64,000 bases of DNA from a virus (taxonomy: Duplodnaviria; Caudoviricetes): positions 8,321 to 72,320 of the IMG/VR virus record IMGVR_UViG_3300031998_000058; one strand, 5' to 3'. The notes beneath the pieces were generated by a model that was not told where the DNA came from, made no database searches, and saw nothing but the letters and a program-made list of their open reading frames with translations. Of this stretch, positions 49,562-59,024 are shown piece by piece. A program made the translations under genes and the position numbers. Numbering within the stretch: position 1 is the first letter of the stretch; the number at the start of each line of letters is the position of its first letter.

Positions 49562-49813
49562 TCAAATCGTGCTCATCTGTTTTTTCTTTCCCTTGACTTC
49601 GTTTATGAAGAAGCTCTCACAAAAGTAATAGTCGCTTCCAGGTATCGCGAATCTTGCTGTGTACCATCCATACTTGTAATGCACATATGTCACAACACCT
49701 ATGTATGTTTTTCCTGTGATGGATGACTTGTTCATTACGATGTCACCGGGGCGTACAATGCCAGTAAAAATGTCCATATACTTTCCCTCCTGCTCAGGCA
49801 GATACGCTGCCAT
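49562..49813 (-). CDS. Hypothetical protein
   Basis: ORF in the chain. Confidence 0.45.
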   Translation of the reverse strand: MAAYLPEQEGKYMDIFTGIVRPGDIVMNKSSITGKTYIGVVTYVHYKYGWYTARFAIPGSDYYFCESFFINEVKGKKKQMSTI

Positions 49814-50492
49814 AGAGTCGATGGTTTAGTTTTTCCCCTTTGAATTCCACGATTCCACCATGGCACATTTCTATGATTCGGCTCCCTATCGCTTGATCAA
49901 AAGCAAGGATCTCCTGCACGCTTTTCTCTGTACTCACAATCACCGGAAGATAGTTCATGTATCGGTAATTGATAATCTCGTATAAGATGTTGATGTCCGC
50001 TTCTGTAAGTCTTCCTTTCAACATGTCATCAATGAACAACACCCGTGCCTCTGAATAGTGAGAAAGAATCTTCCCATAAGCTTCCTCGTCCAAAACGTTC
50101 TGCTTCAAATGAGTAGCCGCATTCCTGTACGCCATGTAAATGACGGGAATTCCTTTTTTCATTAATGCTCGCGATATTGCGATACCCAGATGAGTCTTTC
50201 CTGCTCCCACCTGTCCGCAGAACAGGATCGAGTTGGATCTATTGTGTTCATTCTTTTCGTAATCAACGGCATATTGCATGGCTCGTTGTTTCGCGTGTTC
50301 CAGGAAACGGTTCGTTCCGGTTATGTAATTGTCAAAGTTCTTTTTCTGGAATTCTTCAGAGATTCCGCTTTTCTTTAAAAGCTTCTCTGCATAACGGATC
50401 TTTAAGCAGCTGCACTGCTTTGCTACTTCCTCGCCATCCTCGTTGACCCTGAACGTATATCCCGTTCCACCGCATAAGGGGCATCTATCCAT
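49794..50492 (-). CDS. DnaC/IstB-like AAA+ helicase loader
   Basis: N-terminal CPLC..C.C Zn motif, GQVGAGKTH, LFIDD, IINYRY, SRI.EM. Confidence 0.85.
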   Translation of the reverse strand: MDRCPLCGGTGYTFRVNEDGEEVAKQCSCLKIRYAEKLLKKSGISEEFQKKNFDNYITGTNRFLEHAKQRAMQYAVDYEKNEHNRSNSILFCGQVGAGKTHLGIAISRALMKKGIPVIYMAYRNAATHLKQNVLDEEAYGKILSHYSEARVLFIDDMLKGRLTEADINILYEIINYRYMNYLPVIVSTEKSVQEILAFDQAIGSRIIEMCHGGIVEFKGEKLNHRLYGSVSA

Positions 50493-50497
50493 TCATT

Positions 50498-51373
50498 TCA
50501 CCTTCTTTCCTGCTCCGAGCCTGTATCCCAGTTGTTGACCAGACGCTCGATCAATTCCGGAGGATAGTCATTTGCAGCCTGTCGTGACGACAATGACGGG
50601 GCAGATGGCCGGATCCGGTCCCAGATGATCCCCTGCCAGTTCTGGCTCATGCTGAGACGTATTACATCGATGACCGGCTGTGGACCATACTCTCGTATTT
50701 TGTTGTCAATCTGCGAGAGCAGGTTCTTTAAACCTGTAGATTTATAGTTCTGTCTCTTCTCGCACTTGTAAGCTACCCACTCAAGAACGGTCTTCTCTAC
50801 TTCGGAAGAAAATCCATGTTCCAGGATGATTTCTTTGGCAGTGGGTCCGTGCGCACCTTGTGCGCTATTACTTTTACTCTTCTCTTCTCTACTCTTCTCT
50901 TCTCTACTCTGTGTATTACTGTCAGCATTTTTTGAGTTATTGCGTACATTAACTCGGTTATTGTTTGCAGAAACCTTATTAATGTCATCGCTTATTAAAA
51001 GGTATCTTTTTTCCAGTGTTACTTTTTCTCGCCTGGCTACGGCTTTTAAATATCTCTTCTGGATCCCGGATGATGTTAGGATCTGATATTTGCGAAAAAG
51101 TTCTTCTGAAAAAATACCTCTTCTGATGCAGGCAGCTACGATTTCCTGTATTAAGTTTTTGTCACCCCCTGTAGCACCGTGTTCCGACATAAACAGTAGT
51201 GACCTATCTTCGTCCCAGGTCATGTAGTAACCCCGCCCTCCGTAAATCTCCTGAAGCAACAGAACGACTACCGCAAACCCTTTGAGCCCAAATTCTGCCT
51301 GTATCAGCCGTACTTTCTCATCCATGTGACAGTCCAATTCAAAGTAGTCAAGACCTTCCTTGAATGGACGCAC
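50498..51373 (-). CDS. Replication initiator (DUF4373/Lin1244-like N-terminus)
   Basis: KEGLDYFELD...FGLKGF...LTS.GIQKRY; upstream of the DnaC-like gene. Confidence 0.75.
   Translation of the reverse strand: MRPFKEGLDYFELDCHMDEKVRLIQAEFGLKGFAVVVLLLQEIYGGRGYYMTWDEDRSLLFMSEHGATGGDKNLIQEIVAACIRRGIFSEELFRKYQILTSSGIQKRYLKAVARREKVTLEKRYLLISDDINKVSANNNRVNVRNNSKNADSNTQSREEKSREEKSKSNSAQGAHGPTAKEIILEHGFSSEVEKTVLEWVAYKCEKRQNYKSTGLKNLLSQIDNKIREYGPQPVIDVIRLSMSQNWQGIIWDRIRPSAPSLSSRQAANDYPPELIERLVNNWDTGSEQERR
50876..50910. repeat. Tandem 15-bp repeat inside the initiator gene (candidate origin iterons)
   Basis: actcttctcttctct x2 plus actct, next to an AT-rich stretch; encodes SREEK repeats. Confidence 0.45.
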
Positions 51374-51443
51374 TCTGTAATCGCCTCCCTTTCTTGCTCA
51401 GTAGCTTCGAATGCTGCAATGTTGTATGCGTTACAGACACGTC

Positions 51444-51938
51444 TTAAATTGACGGTCTGTAACTGTCAGCAGCGGAAACAGGTTCCGCTTCCGTATCGTC
51501 TCCCAGTGACTCCATTGTGTCGGCACGTTCGATCATTGCCCGAATCTCCGGTGTGGAATAGAGCGCCAGCAGAAAAGCATCCCACGATTGCGCATGCAGC
51601 CATACAGGATTCAACTCTACCCATTCACGTTTCTCTCCCTTGTGTTCGCCCTTTTCTGCGACAAACGTTCTGGTTGACTGCAAGCCAGCGCACAAAACGG
51701 TGTCACTCTTTTCAAGAGCGCGAGCTGCAAAGGATACGTCACTGTCTCCCCAGATCACCACATTCATAAAGCAGTGAGTGTAATACTTAAGGTTGAACGA
51801 TACTTTTGTGTTCTTGAAATATTCTATTTTCGGATCATCTGTCAGCCTGCCGCAGATTACGACGAATTGATATGTCTTCTCGTCATTTACGTTCTCGCTC
51901 TTGAACTTGGCAGAACGAAACAGTATACCTTCGTTCAT
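51444..51938 (-). CDS. ssb: Single-stranded DNA-binding protein
   Basis: VVICGRLTDDP...MNVVIWG OB-fold pattern; acidic tail; next to RecT. Confidence 0.65.
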   Translation of the reverse strand: MNEGILFRSAKFKSENVNDEKTYQFVVICGRLTDDPKIEYFKNTKVSFNLKYYTHCFMNVVIWGDSDVSFAARALEKSDTVLCAGLQSTRTFVAEKGEHKGEKREWVELNPVWLHAQSWDAFLLALYSTPEIRAMIERADTMESLGDDTEAEPVSAADSYRPSI

Positions 51939-52008
51939 AGCTCCTCCTGAATGTACTTGGTATCAGGGACGTCTTACGCGTCACGACAGACGCCCCTGTG
52001 AGTCATGA

Positions 52009-53022
52009 TTACTGTGGCATGGAAACATTTCCGTTAGAACGAATAAACTCTTCCTGTTCAAAATTGTTTTCTGGAGATTCCTGTTTGGCTTTTGCTGCAG
52101 CAGGATCTTTGCTGCTATCAGCCTCGGATACAGTCGCGGTGGACTCTACTACCGAACGAGCATTGTTCACAGTGTCTGCATTAGCCTTTAAGACAACAGG
52201 ATCGTCGGCATAAATAACACCATCGCTTCTCTCTTGGGCCAGCTCGTTATTTACCACCTCGCGCATCTGTGTGCTCAGCGGAGCCTTACCACTGTTCAGA
52301 AGCTGCATCAAAACAGTCTTCTTACACATCTTCAAATGTTCTTCTGAAAGTGGCGGTGCATACCAAGGTGATACCTTTCCGCGAAGCTTCTGTGCCATTT
52401 TCGGATCCGTTTTATCCAACTCACCGGAGATGAACTTTTCATATGTCTCACGATTGAAAGCCTGAGCGTATTTGTCCGCGTGGTTCAAAATCTTGTCATA
52501 GGACCAATAGATGGCTTTGAAGAATCCGTTCTGAAGCTCAAAGAATGCATAGATGCCGGACACCGGGAGCTTCTCACGTTCATCCTCGTCCTCGATCCAT
52601 TCGACTATCGGACGGCGGGTCTTTGGGTCCCTGCCTTTGTACTCGCCCTCTCTGACGTCATATGCATCGAAATCGATATAATATCCGGAGTTAGTGGCCA
52701 GCTGTGAAAACCCCTTATAACCAGTCTGGTAAGCTGCTGTCTTTCCATACGCAACGATGCTGTAATGGTCCAGGGCCAAGGACAACCCCATGCCTTCTCC
52801 TCTGAGTGCAGCCGCAACTACCGAACCAGGATCGCAGTCCTTGAGCTTGTCATCAGACGCAACAATAGAAATCAGTGTCGATGCAAAGTTGGCTGAACGT
52901 TGCGGATCCTTTAATGTGTTCTGAATCAGATTGCGAAGTTTGTCACCGTTAACGGCTTCTGAGAACGTAAGCCTTTCCTGTGGCCGAGCTGACGGGGCAA
53001 GCTGTTTCTGTACAACTTTCAT
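52009..53022 (-). CDS. recT: RecT-family single-strand annealing protein
   Basis: L..CDPGSVV.AAL..., AYQTGYKG..QLA..SG, VREGE, M.KKTV. Confidence 0.85.
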   Translation of the reverse strand: MKVVQKQLAPSARPQERLTFSEAVNGDKLRNLIQNTLKDPQRSANFASTLISIVASDDKLKDCDPGSVVAAALRGEGMGLSLALDHYSIVAYGKTAAYQTGYKGFSQLATNSGYYIDFDAYDVREGEYKGRDPKTRRPIVEWIEDEDEREKLPVSGIYAFFELQNGFFKAIYWSYDKILNHADKYAQAFNRETYEKFISGELDKTDPKMAQKLRGKVSPWYAPPLSEEHLKMCKKTVLMQLLNSGKAPLSTQMREVVNNELAQERSDGVIYADDPVVLKANADTVNNARSVVESTATVSEADSSKDPAAAKAKQESPENNFEQEEFIRSNGNVSMPQ

Positions 53023-53038
53023 GTTCTTTCTCCTCCTG

Positions 53039-53305
53039 TTATGCAAAGATTTGCTTTTTATATCTCAAATAGGTTGTTTTGCTGATCTGCAGTATTTGCA
53101 GGATTTCTCTACGAGTAACATGTTCTGAAAGCAGTTCTTTCAGCAGTTCTTTCTTATGCCTCGGATCATTACAGATACAGTTGTCACAATCGCTTTTCCC
53201 GCATGATAGGCATTTATTGATCTCTGCCTGCGGTGATGGTTTAAATGTCGAGACTGCTATCACTGCATCATCCGAATTCCATGGCAAGCGTCCCCTTATC
53301 ACCAT
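53039..53305 (-). CDS. Zn-finger plus HTH small protein
   Basis: CLSC...CDNC followed by REILQILQISKTTYLRY. Confidence 0.6.
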   Translation of the reverse strand: MVIRGRLPWNSDDAVIAVSTFKPSPQAEINKCLSCGKSDCDNCICNDPRHKKELLKELLSEHVTRREILQILQISKTTYLRYKKQIFA

Positions 53306-53323
53306 TATTCACCCCTCCTGTTT

Positions 53324-53740
53324 TCATATCTCTATAAGTGTTACATCCACGCGTGGGTTTTCTCCATAGACCTTATTCACGATCAGGCGGGATACTCCGG
53401 AATCGTCCTCAAACGCTATCTTGTTCAAGGCGTCTAACACTACTTTTGCCAGATTGTCACAGTCCACTTTCTTTGTGTGTAATATCTCGCCGGCAATCAT
53501 GGCCTCGCGTTTCTTTCGGCTGACGGACTGAGGTATCGGAAAAACGCCTGTGATCCTTGCCTCAATCGGAGCGTTCAGCTTCACGAATCCAACCTGTTCC
53601 GCATATGACATCTTGATCAGGTTCTCATAAACGATGGTCTCCTCTGGTGTGTATGCCCTGGCAAACTTCCCTTGGACGCTCACCCTCGGCCTTCCCTTAC
53701 CACGCGGATTCCCCGGCACGGAAAAAGTAACCTCGCTCAT
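53324..53740 (-). CDS. rusA: RusA-family Holliday junction resolvase
   Basis: P.GKGRPR, KVDCDNL.K..LDALN.IAF.DD. Confidence 0.9.
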   Translation of the reverse strand: MSEVTFSVPGNPRGKGRPRVSVQGKFARAYTPEETIVYENLIKMSYAEQVGFVKLNAPIEARITGVFPIPQSVSRKKREAMIAGEILHTKKVDCDNLAKVVLDALNKIAFEDDSGVSRLIVNKVYGENPRVDVTLIEI

Positions 53741-54573
53741 ACAAACCCCCTGAGCCTGCAGGACAGGCGATTCTGCGCACAGAAGTTAACAAGCTGTTCT
53801 TCCTCTTCTTGGGACGTGCATACTACGGAATATTCCTTTGCTCCCTTGAAGGTCTGGACCTCCGGTTCGGGTTCGGCCTCTGGTATCGGCTCAGCTTTTT
53901 GAGCACTCTTAGCCTCTTCTGCCCTCATTACTTTTGCCTTGGCATCTGCCACAGCCACAAGTCTCGTACGCATTTCAATCGCAGCTTCTAAACTGCCGGT
54001 ACGCTTGTACTCATCTAACATCATCCCGCGGTATTCTTCTTCGAGACTAAGGATCATAGCTACATTATTGTCAGAACGGTATATGGCATCATCGATTTCC
54101 TGCTGTGCAGTCTCTATGGAATACGTAGCGTTCGTCCACTTCGGGTTGACCGTCTGCTCAAACCTTATATACTCAGGGTATTTTTTTGGAGCGTTATCAA
54201 AATACTCGGTCAGTAACTGAATCTTTTCCGCTTTTGCTCTGGCTTGATATTCTTTTACCTGCATGTCCAGATTGTTGATTGCTTCTTCGCAGATTGCGGT
54301 GAGCCCCTTGCATTTTCTTTCAAACGCATCCAGCGGAGCTGTATAGACTTTCTTGACACGCTTGCGCATGTCATCGATATTCTTGAAGACCTTTCTTAAT
54401 TTTGCCAGGTCTGTTTTTGCGTCCGGAAGGTCCTCTTTTGTGACGACCATGTTCTTATAAGGAGCAATGATCTCGGAGAGCGCAACTTCCATCTCTTCCC
54501 AGTTTGCGCTCAGCTCCAGTTCATTAATGGTGGACAGTGCGGTATTATCTATGTTGAAAGTAAATTCTGCCAT
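53737..54573 (-). CDS. DUF1351-like protein (Mu Gam-like coiled coil)
   Basis: AK.DLAKLRK..K.IDD.RK.VKK.Y..P...FE. Confidence 0.7.
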   Translation of the reverse strand: MAEFTFNIDNTALSTINELELSANWEEMEVALSEIIAPYKNMVVTKEDLPDAKTDLAKLRKVFKNIDDMRKRVKKVYTAPLDAFERKCKGLTAICEEAINNLDMQVKEYQARAKAEKIQLLTEYFDNAPKKYPEYIRFEQTVNPKWTNATYSIETAQQEIDDAIYRSDNNVAMILSLEEEYRGMMLDEYKRTGSLEAAIEMRTRLVAVADAKAKVMRAEEAKSAQKAEPIPEAEPEPEVQTFKGAKEYSVVCTSQEEEEQLVNFCAQNRLSCRLRGFV

Positions 54574-54577
54574 GCCT

Positions 54578-54805
54578 TTATCCCTCCGCCCGAACCAGCT
54601 TGTATGTTGCGAAGTTCACCTTGTTTCCGAACTTGTCTTTTCCGCTTGTATCAGTGGTCAAAATAGGGTAGCCTTCTTTTCTGAGCTTGTGAACGATATC
54701 AGCCAGGCGCGATGCTCCGAAAAAGTTCCATGCTTCTTCTGACGTTAATGTCCTGCCTTTTTGCAGGTATTCCAGTACCATTTGCTTCTTAGTTACCTTT
54801 GTCAT
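54578..54805 (-). CDS. HTH_39-like DNA-binding protein
   Basis: TKKQMVLEYLQ.G.TLTS.EA...FG..RLA.I...LR..GY.I. Confidence 0.75.
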   Translation of the reverse strand: MTKVTKKQMVLEYLQKGRTLTSEEAWNFFGASRLADIVHKLRKEGYPILTTDTSGKDKFGNKVNFATYKLVRAEG

Positions 54806-55032
54806 GATTTGTCTACCTCCGTTATTTTTTGTACTCTGTCAGCCCACTCCTGAGATATCGTTGACTCCGGAAGGTTGACCTGCGTTACTATAGCTCGTTT
54901 TATTTCAGGCGGATCCCCTGCCGGCGCAAGCACCTTCATCAGAGGTGTGAGCGCAAGGTCCGTCCGGTATGTATATTCCTTGCCGGAATAAAAGTTTGTA
55001 TGTTTGTCCATATACTTGACTTTTATGATCAT
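54802..55032 (-). CDS. Hypothetical protein
   Basis: 76-aa ORF overlapping its neighbour. Confidence 0.5.
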   Translation of the reverse strand: MIIKVKYMDKHTNFYSGKEYTYRTDLALTPLMKVLAPAGDPPEIKRAIVTQVNLPESTISQEWADRVQKITEVDKS

Positions 55033-55134
55033 GACAGACCCCTTATTACTCCTATCGTTAAACAGACTGCTAACGCTCCTATGGTGATCAAAAACATGTG
55101 ATCAAAGAAATACTTCATGTGCTGTTCTCCCCCT

Positions 55135-55794
55135 TTAGAACAAAATTGTCATGGCCGGTATTGCTTTGTTCTGTACACTGTTCCAGAACTCGGTTTCTTT
55201 CTTCAAAAGCCATCCCATGTCCTCTTGTATGTCTTCTCTGTCAAATCGGTATTCCCGGATCGTCATATCCTCTTCACGATTGATGAGGGCTGCGTACAGA
55301 ACAACAAAGTCGTAGTCCATGACAATAATCTCGTGAAGGCACTGAAGGTAATAATTCCTCGGTATTTGACAATCCCATTTGGCCCATCCCGCTTTCCCGA
55401 CAGGGGTCGATGTTTTGATTTCCAGACAGCCTTTCTTCTTATTGGCTTTATCGATGATTCTTCCATCCAACGTTACAGTCATCCACTCTCTCCCCTTCTG
55501 ATACCAGATGTCATAAGGCTCATGACGGATGCTGTACTCGGGATGTTTGGCCTTATATAAGGTCCGGAGGGCAGGCTCCAATCTAATCCCCTGCTGTACA
55601 AAGAAATCGTTTGATACATCCCTAGGCTTCGCGCTACCAGTCTTCTCAGCCCACAACGCATCGGCGGTCTTCCATGGAGACTCCCCTACAACGGCAGCAG
55701 CATCTGATCCACCAATGGAATTTAAAGATGTCCTTGTTTGAAGCCACTGTTCCCTGGTCTTCGATTTGATTCTGCACAGTTTACTCATTAACAA
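55135..55794 (-). CDS. YqaJ-like viral recombinase exonuclease
   Basis: WL..R...IGGSDAA, G..LEP, TLDG, LEIKT, Y..QC.H. Confidence 0.9.
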   Translation of the reverse strand: MLMSKLCRIKSKTREQWLQTRTSLNSIGGSDAAAVVGESPWKTADALWAEKTGSAKPRDVSNDFFVQQGIRLEPALRTLYKAKHPEYSIRHEPYDIWYQKGREWMTVTLDGRIIDKANKKKGCLEIKTSTPVGKAGWAKWDCQIPRNYYLQCLHEIIVMDYDFVVLYAALINREEDMTIREYRFDREDIQEDMGWLLKKETEFWNSVQNKAIPAMTILF

Positions 55795-55818
55795 CTTCCC
55801 CCTATGTTTCTCCTACAC

Positions 55819-56052
55819 TTACACGTAGTACCCATTCTTGTTCCTATACCTTTTCCTTTTTCCGGTTGTAAGGCTTCCGTAGTATTGGTCCTTGGCCTCT
55901 CTGATTTTCTTTTTTAGTGCTGCATTCTGTCGGCAGAACTCTTTATAGTCTTCGCAAGTAGAATGGCAGCCAATAAATTTCTTTTCACAGTTTTTACATG
56001 GTGCAAACATATTTGTTCTCCAGTTATCGAATGTCCTTTTTAAGCGCCTCAA
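55819..56052 (-). CDS. Small Cys-rich protein
   Basis: PCKNCE...GCH.TCEDY. Confidence 0.55.
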   Translation of the reverse strand: MRRLKRTFDNWRTNMFAPCKNCEKKFIGCHSTCEDYKEFCRQNAALKKKIREAKDQYYGSLTTGKRKRYRNKNGYYV

Positions 56053-56257
56053 AAATTTCCTCTATGGATATCTGCCCATCGTTCTTCACTGCTATAAGGT
56101 CGCCAATGGTCAGATCCTCCATGTGGTGCATGCGTTTATACATTGTTGGCCTGCTTCGGTGCAGGATGTCAGACAGATTAGTTGCGTTGTATTTGCATGA
56201 GTTGAGCAAGCGTGTAAAGTTCTCAAATTGAATCTTTCTCCCCGTCTTCTGCTTCAT
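56024..56257 (-). CDS. HTH-like regulator, paralog A
   Basis: LA..L..S.PT..KR pattern; paralogous to 56254-56487. Confidence 0.6.
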   Translation of the reverse strand: MKQKTGRKIQFENFTRLLNSCKYNATNLSDILHRSRPTMYKRMHHMEDLTIGDLIAVKNDGQISIEEIFEALKKDIR

Positions 56258-56487
56258 TCGAAATCGCCTCGAATCGTTTCCATGATCTCGTCAAAGGTAA
56301 GCTCGGTAGACTTCACGATGTCTACGAGATCAAACAGGCAGTATTCGCCGGGGTTGCGTAAGCGTTGCTCGCTCATGGGTAAAGATTTTGATGTGATAAT
56401 TGCGAGATTAGCGGAGTTGTAACCGTGTTCTCTCAATAGAAGTTCTAACTTGCGAAATGGCTTATCAGAATTAAAGTCGTAATTCAT
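56254..56487 (-). CDS. HTH-like regulator, paralog B
   Basis: Aligns with 56024-56257. Confidence 0.55.
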   Translation of the reverse strand: MNYDFNSDKPFRKLELLLREHGYNSANLAIITSKSLPMSEQRLRNPGEYCLFDLVDIVKSTELTFDEIMETIRGDFE

Positions 56488-56512
56488 ATATTCCCCCTGA
56501 TTTTTTACGAAC

Positions 56513-56527
56513 GGGAATTTTATTCCC
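56513..56527. promoter_or_regulatory. Operator-like palindrome GGGAAT-TTT-ATTCCC
   Basis: Perfect 6-3-6 inverted repeat just after cro; related sites lie in the cI/cro intergenic region. Confidence 0.65.
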
Positions 56528-56530
56528 CTT

Positions 56531-56737
56531 TTAGCTCAAAAAAATTTTGTCTCTCTCCTCGTTGGTCAAATAAAGAGCATCGGTAAACGCTACAATTTGT
56601 GAAGCGGTGAATTCTCCTTTTTTCCCTCTGAGTTTATTGTAAATTGTATCTCTGGATATTCCGGTCTTTTTTGCGAGTGCCGTTATAGTGATTCCTCGAT
56701 CAGCAATGGTTTCTTTAAGAAGTGACATGTCTACCAT
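56531..56737 (-). CDS. Cro-like XRE repressor
   Basis: RGITITALAKKTGISRDTIYNKL; divergent from cI. Confidence 0.85.
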   Translation of the reverse strand: MVDMSLLKETIADRGITITALAKKTGISRDTIYNKLRGKKGEFTASQIVAFTDALYLTNEERDKIFLS

Positions 56738-56760
56738 AAAGTAGTCTCCTTTTTTATATG

Positions 56761-56902
56761 CGGATTTATAATCCTGTATATTGGTTCATGTGCGGGAATT
56801 TCATTCCACATTTCAGAGTATAACCTTTGTGGGAATATCTGTCAACATATTTTTTGAAAAATGTCTTTTTATTGTTGAATTTCTTTCCTTGTTCGGTATA
56901 AT
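56761..56902. promoter_or_regulatory. Genetic switch: divergent promoters and operators
   Basis: Minus-strand TTGACA(56845-40)-N17-TATACT; plus-strand TTGAAT(56875)-N16-TATAAT(56897); operator-like GGGAATTTCATTCCA at 56794 and half-sites at 56761 and 56831. Confidence 0.75.
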
Positions 56903-56920
56903 ATCATTAGAGGGGAAAGA

Positions 56921-57547
56921 ATGGAGGCAATCATGTTACAGGTATACGATAACATTCGAAAGAGGCGGAAAGAACTTGGGTACACGCAAGATGAACTTGC
57001 TAAGAAAGTCGGGTATTCGGAACGAAGTATGATAGGTAAGATTGAAAAAGGAGAGGTGGATTTATCCCAGTCAAAGATTCTGAAATTTGCCGATGCTTTG
57101 AACACAACCGCCTCTGCACTGATGGGATTAGACGGGATCGTTCCTGAATTGCGAAAAGGGTATTTACCTTTATATGGATGCGTATGCGCAGGGAACGGAA
57201 TCTTTGCCGACAATTATATTGAAGAATGGGTAAGCGTTGGCAATGCTTATAATGCGGAAGAATACTTTGTGCTCAATATCAAAGGGGACAGCATGGAACC
57301 GGAAATGCATGATGGTGATTCGGTCATAGTCAAAAAGCAGGAGACTGCGCAAGACAACGATTATGTCATCGCGCTTGTCAACGGAGACGAAGGAGTATGT
57401 AAGCAGCTGAAGCGTTATAAGGAAGGGATGGCGCTTGTGTCATTGAACCCACAGTACCCACCACGGTATTTCTCAGAAGAAGAAGTGACCGGAATACCTG
57501 TACGTATTTTAGGAAAAGTAGTAGAGTCCAGGAGGCTGTTTAAATGA
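56921..57547 (+). CDS. CI-like repressor (XRE HTH plus S24 LexA-type peptidase)
   Basis: TQDELAKKVG HTH, CAG cleavage site, GDSMEP (Ser), VCKQL (Lys). Confidence 0.92.
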   Translation: MEAIMLQVYDNIRKRRKELGYTQDELAKKVGYSERSMIGKIEKGEVDLSQSKILKFADALNTTASALMGLDGIVPELRKGYLPLYGCVCAGNGIFADNYIEEWVSVGNAYNAEEYFVLNIKGDSMEPEMHDGDSVIVKKQETAQDNDYVIALVNGDEGVCKQLKRYKEGMALVSLNPQYPPRYFSEEEVTGIPVRILGKVVESRRLFK

Positions 57548-58554
57548 AGCTGCCCGTTCCAAGGCAATTAGATAGCGGAAACTGGTTCGTCAGAGTGCAG
57601 GTAGGTGGTAAGCGTATCTCCGTTACGGAAAAGACGAAACAGAGATGCATTGATAAAGCTATGCTCCTCAAAGCACAGGGGCGTAACGGACTGCTTGCGC
57701 TTCATGATCCGGTCAACATCACATTACACGATGCGATGGACAACTATCTCATCGTGAGGTCAAATGTGCTCTCCGCTTCTACCATTGCTGGATACAGGGA
57801 CATACAACGACTCCGCTTCAAGAGTGTGATGGACAGTCCTATAAAGAACATCTCAAGCTGGCAGGCGGTCATCAATGCAGAAGCAAAGCTGGTGGCGCCA
57901 AAGACTTTAAAGAACAGCTGGTCGTTTGCCCATAGCGCCTTGAAGGAAGCTGGAGTTCCTGACAAGGACATCAAGGTGGAGCTTCCACAAATACCTAAAA
58001 ACGAAAGGCCGTTCCTTGATCCTGACGAGATCAAATCGTTCCTGAAGATAATAAAAGGAACGGAATGTGAGCTTGCTGCAATCTTAGCCCTGCACGGATT
58101 AAGAAGGAGCGAAGTCCGTGACGTGATGAAGTCTGATGTGGGTAAAGACGTGATCCACGTCAGAGGAGCCTGCGTTCGAAACGAGGACAATAAGTTCATC
58201 CATCAGAAAGCTAACAAGACTGAGGCATCCAGGAGGGATGTTCCGATCATGATACCGCGTCTTCGCAAGTTGGTTGCTGAAGCTCCGGAAGGATACCTTG
58301 TGACGACATATCCATCTTCTACATATAGACAGATCAATAGGCTTTGTAAGATGAATGGATTACCAGAGGTGGGATGGCATGGACTCAGGCATAGCTTTGC
58401 CAGCCTATGCTATCATCTCAGAATCCCAGAGCTGGAAACAGCAAGGCTTGGAGGATGGGACGATGTGAACACCGTCATCAAAATATATACACACCTTGCG
58501 CAGAAGGATAAGAAGTCTACAGAGAAGAAGTTAAAGGCGTTTTTCAATACGTAA
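57544..58554 (+). CDS. int: Tyrosine integrase
   Basis: GLRRSE (Arg), WHGLRH (HxxR), GGW, IYTH (Tyr); ATGA overlap with cI. Confidence 0.92.
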   Translation: MKLPVPRQLDSGNWFVRVQVGGKRISVTEKTKQRCIDKAMLLKAQGRNGLLALHDPVNITLHDAMDNYLIVRSNVLSASTIAGYRDIQRLRFKSVMDSPIKNISSWQAVINAEAKLVAPKTLKNSWSFAHSALKEAGVPDKDIKVELPQIPKNERPFLDPDEIKSFLKIIKGTECELAAILALHGLRRSEVRDVMKSDVGKDVIHVRGACVRNEDNKFIHQKANKTEASRRDVPIMIPRLRKLVAEAPEGYLVTTYPSSTYRQINRLCKMNGLPEVGWHGLRHSFASLCYHLRIPELETARLGGWDDVNTVIKIYTHLAQKDKKSTEKKLKAFFNT

Positions 58555-58567
58555 TGATCCGGATTTT

Positions 58568-58825
58568 CATTACCATTTCATTACCATTTTGAAGTAAAAA
58601 TAGTTGATTCTGAAGTAAAGATAGTTTACTGTTAAGAAAAGAAATTTTATCACGAGCAACATATATATATGTGATTTTCGTGCATGAATACCTATTTTAT
58701 AGTGGTTTACGATAACTGTCCAAATCGGGTTCAAGTCCCGTATGCTCCAGTTTTATTTTTACATATATATATGTGTTTCGCGAAGCGTTTTAGCAGATCT
58801 AAAATGGTAACATTACCATTTTGAA
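58568..58825. other. Probable attP: tRNA/tmRNA 3'-end core flanked by arm-type repeats
   Basis: Core CGGG-TTCAAGT-CCCG-TATGCTCCA at 58726-58749; CATTACCATTT at 58568, 58579 and 58811 plus an inverted partial copy at 58801. Confidence 0.75.
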
Positions 58826-59024
58826 CGCGGATTGGTAACAAGAAGGCCATCATTTTTCAATAATTTAGGCAGGGTATTTACCCTGCCTTCGGTGTCCAAA
58901 AAAGCTTTTGCACAGGACTGCCAGCTATGGCCCATACTGGCTTTCGTTGGTTCTTTCCTAATATTAATATCGTAAAGTCTGCGTTTTTGAAGGTGTTCGC
59001 ACATTCGGAAGACAACTATCGCTC

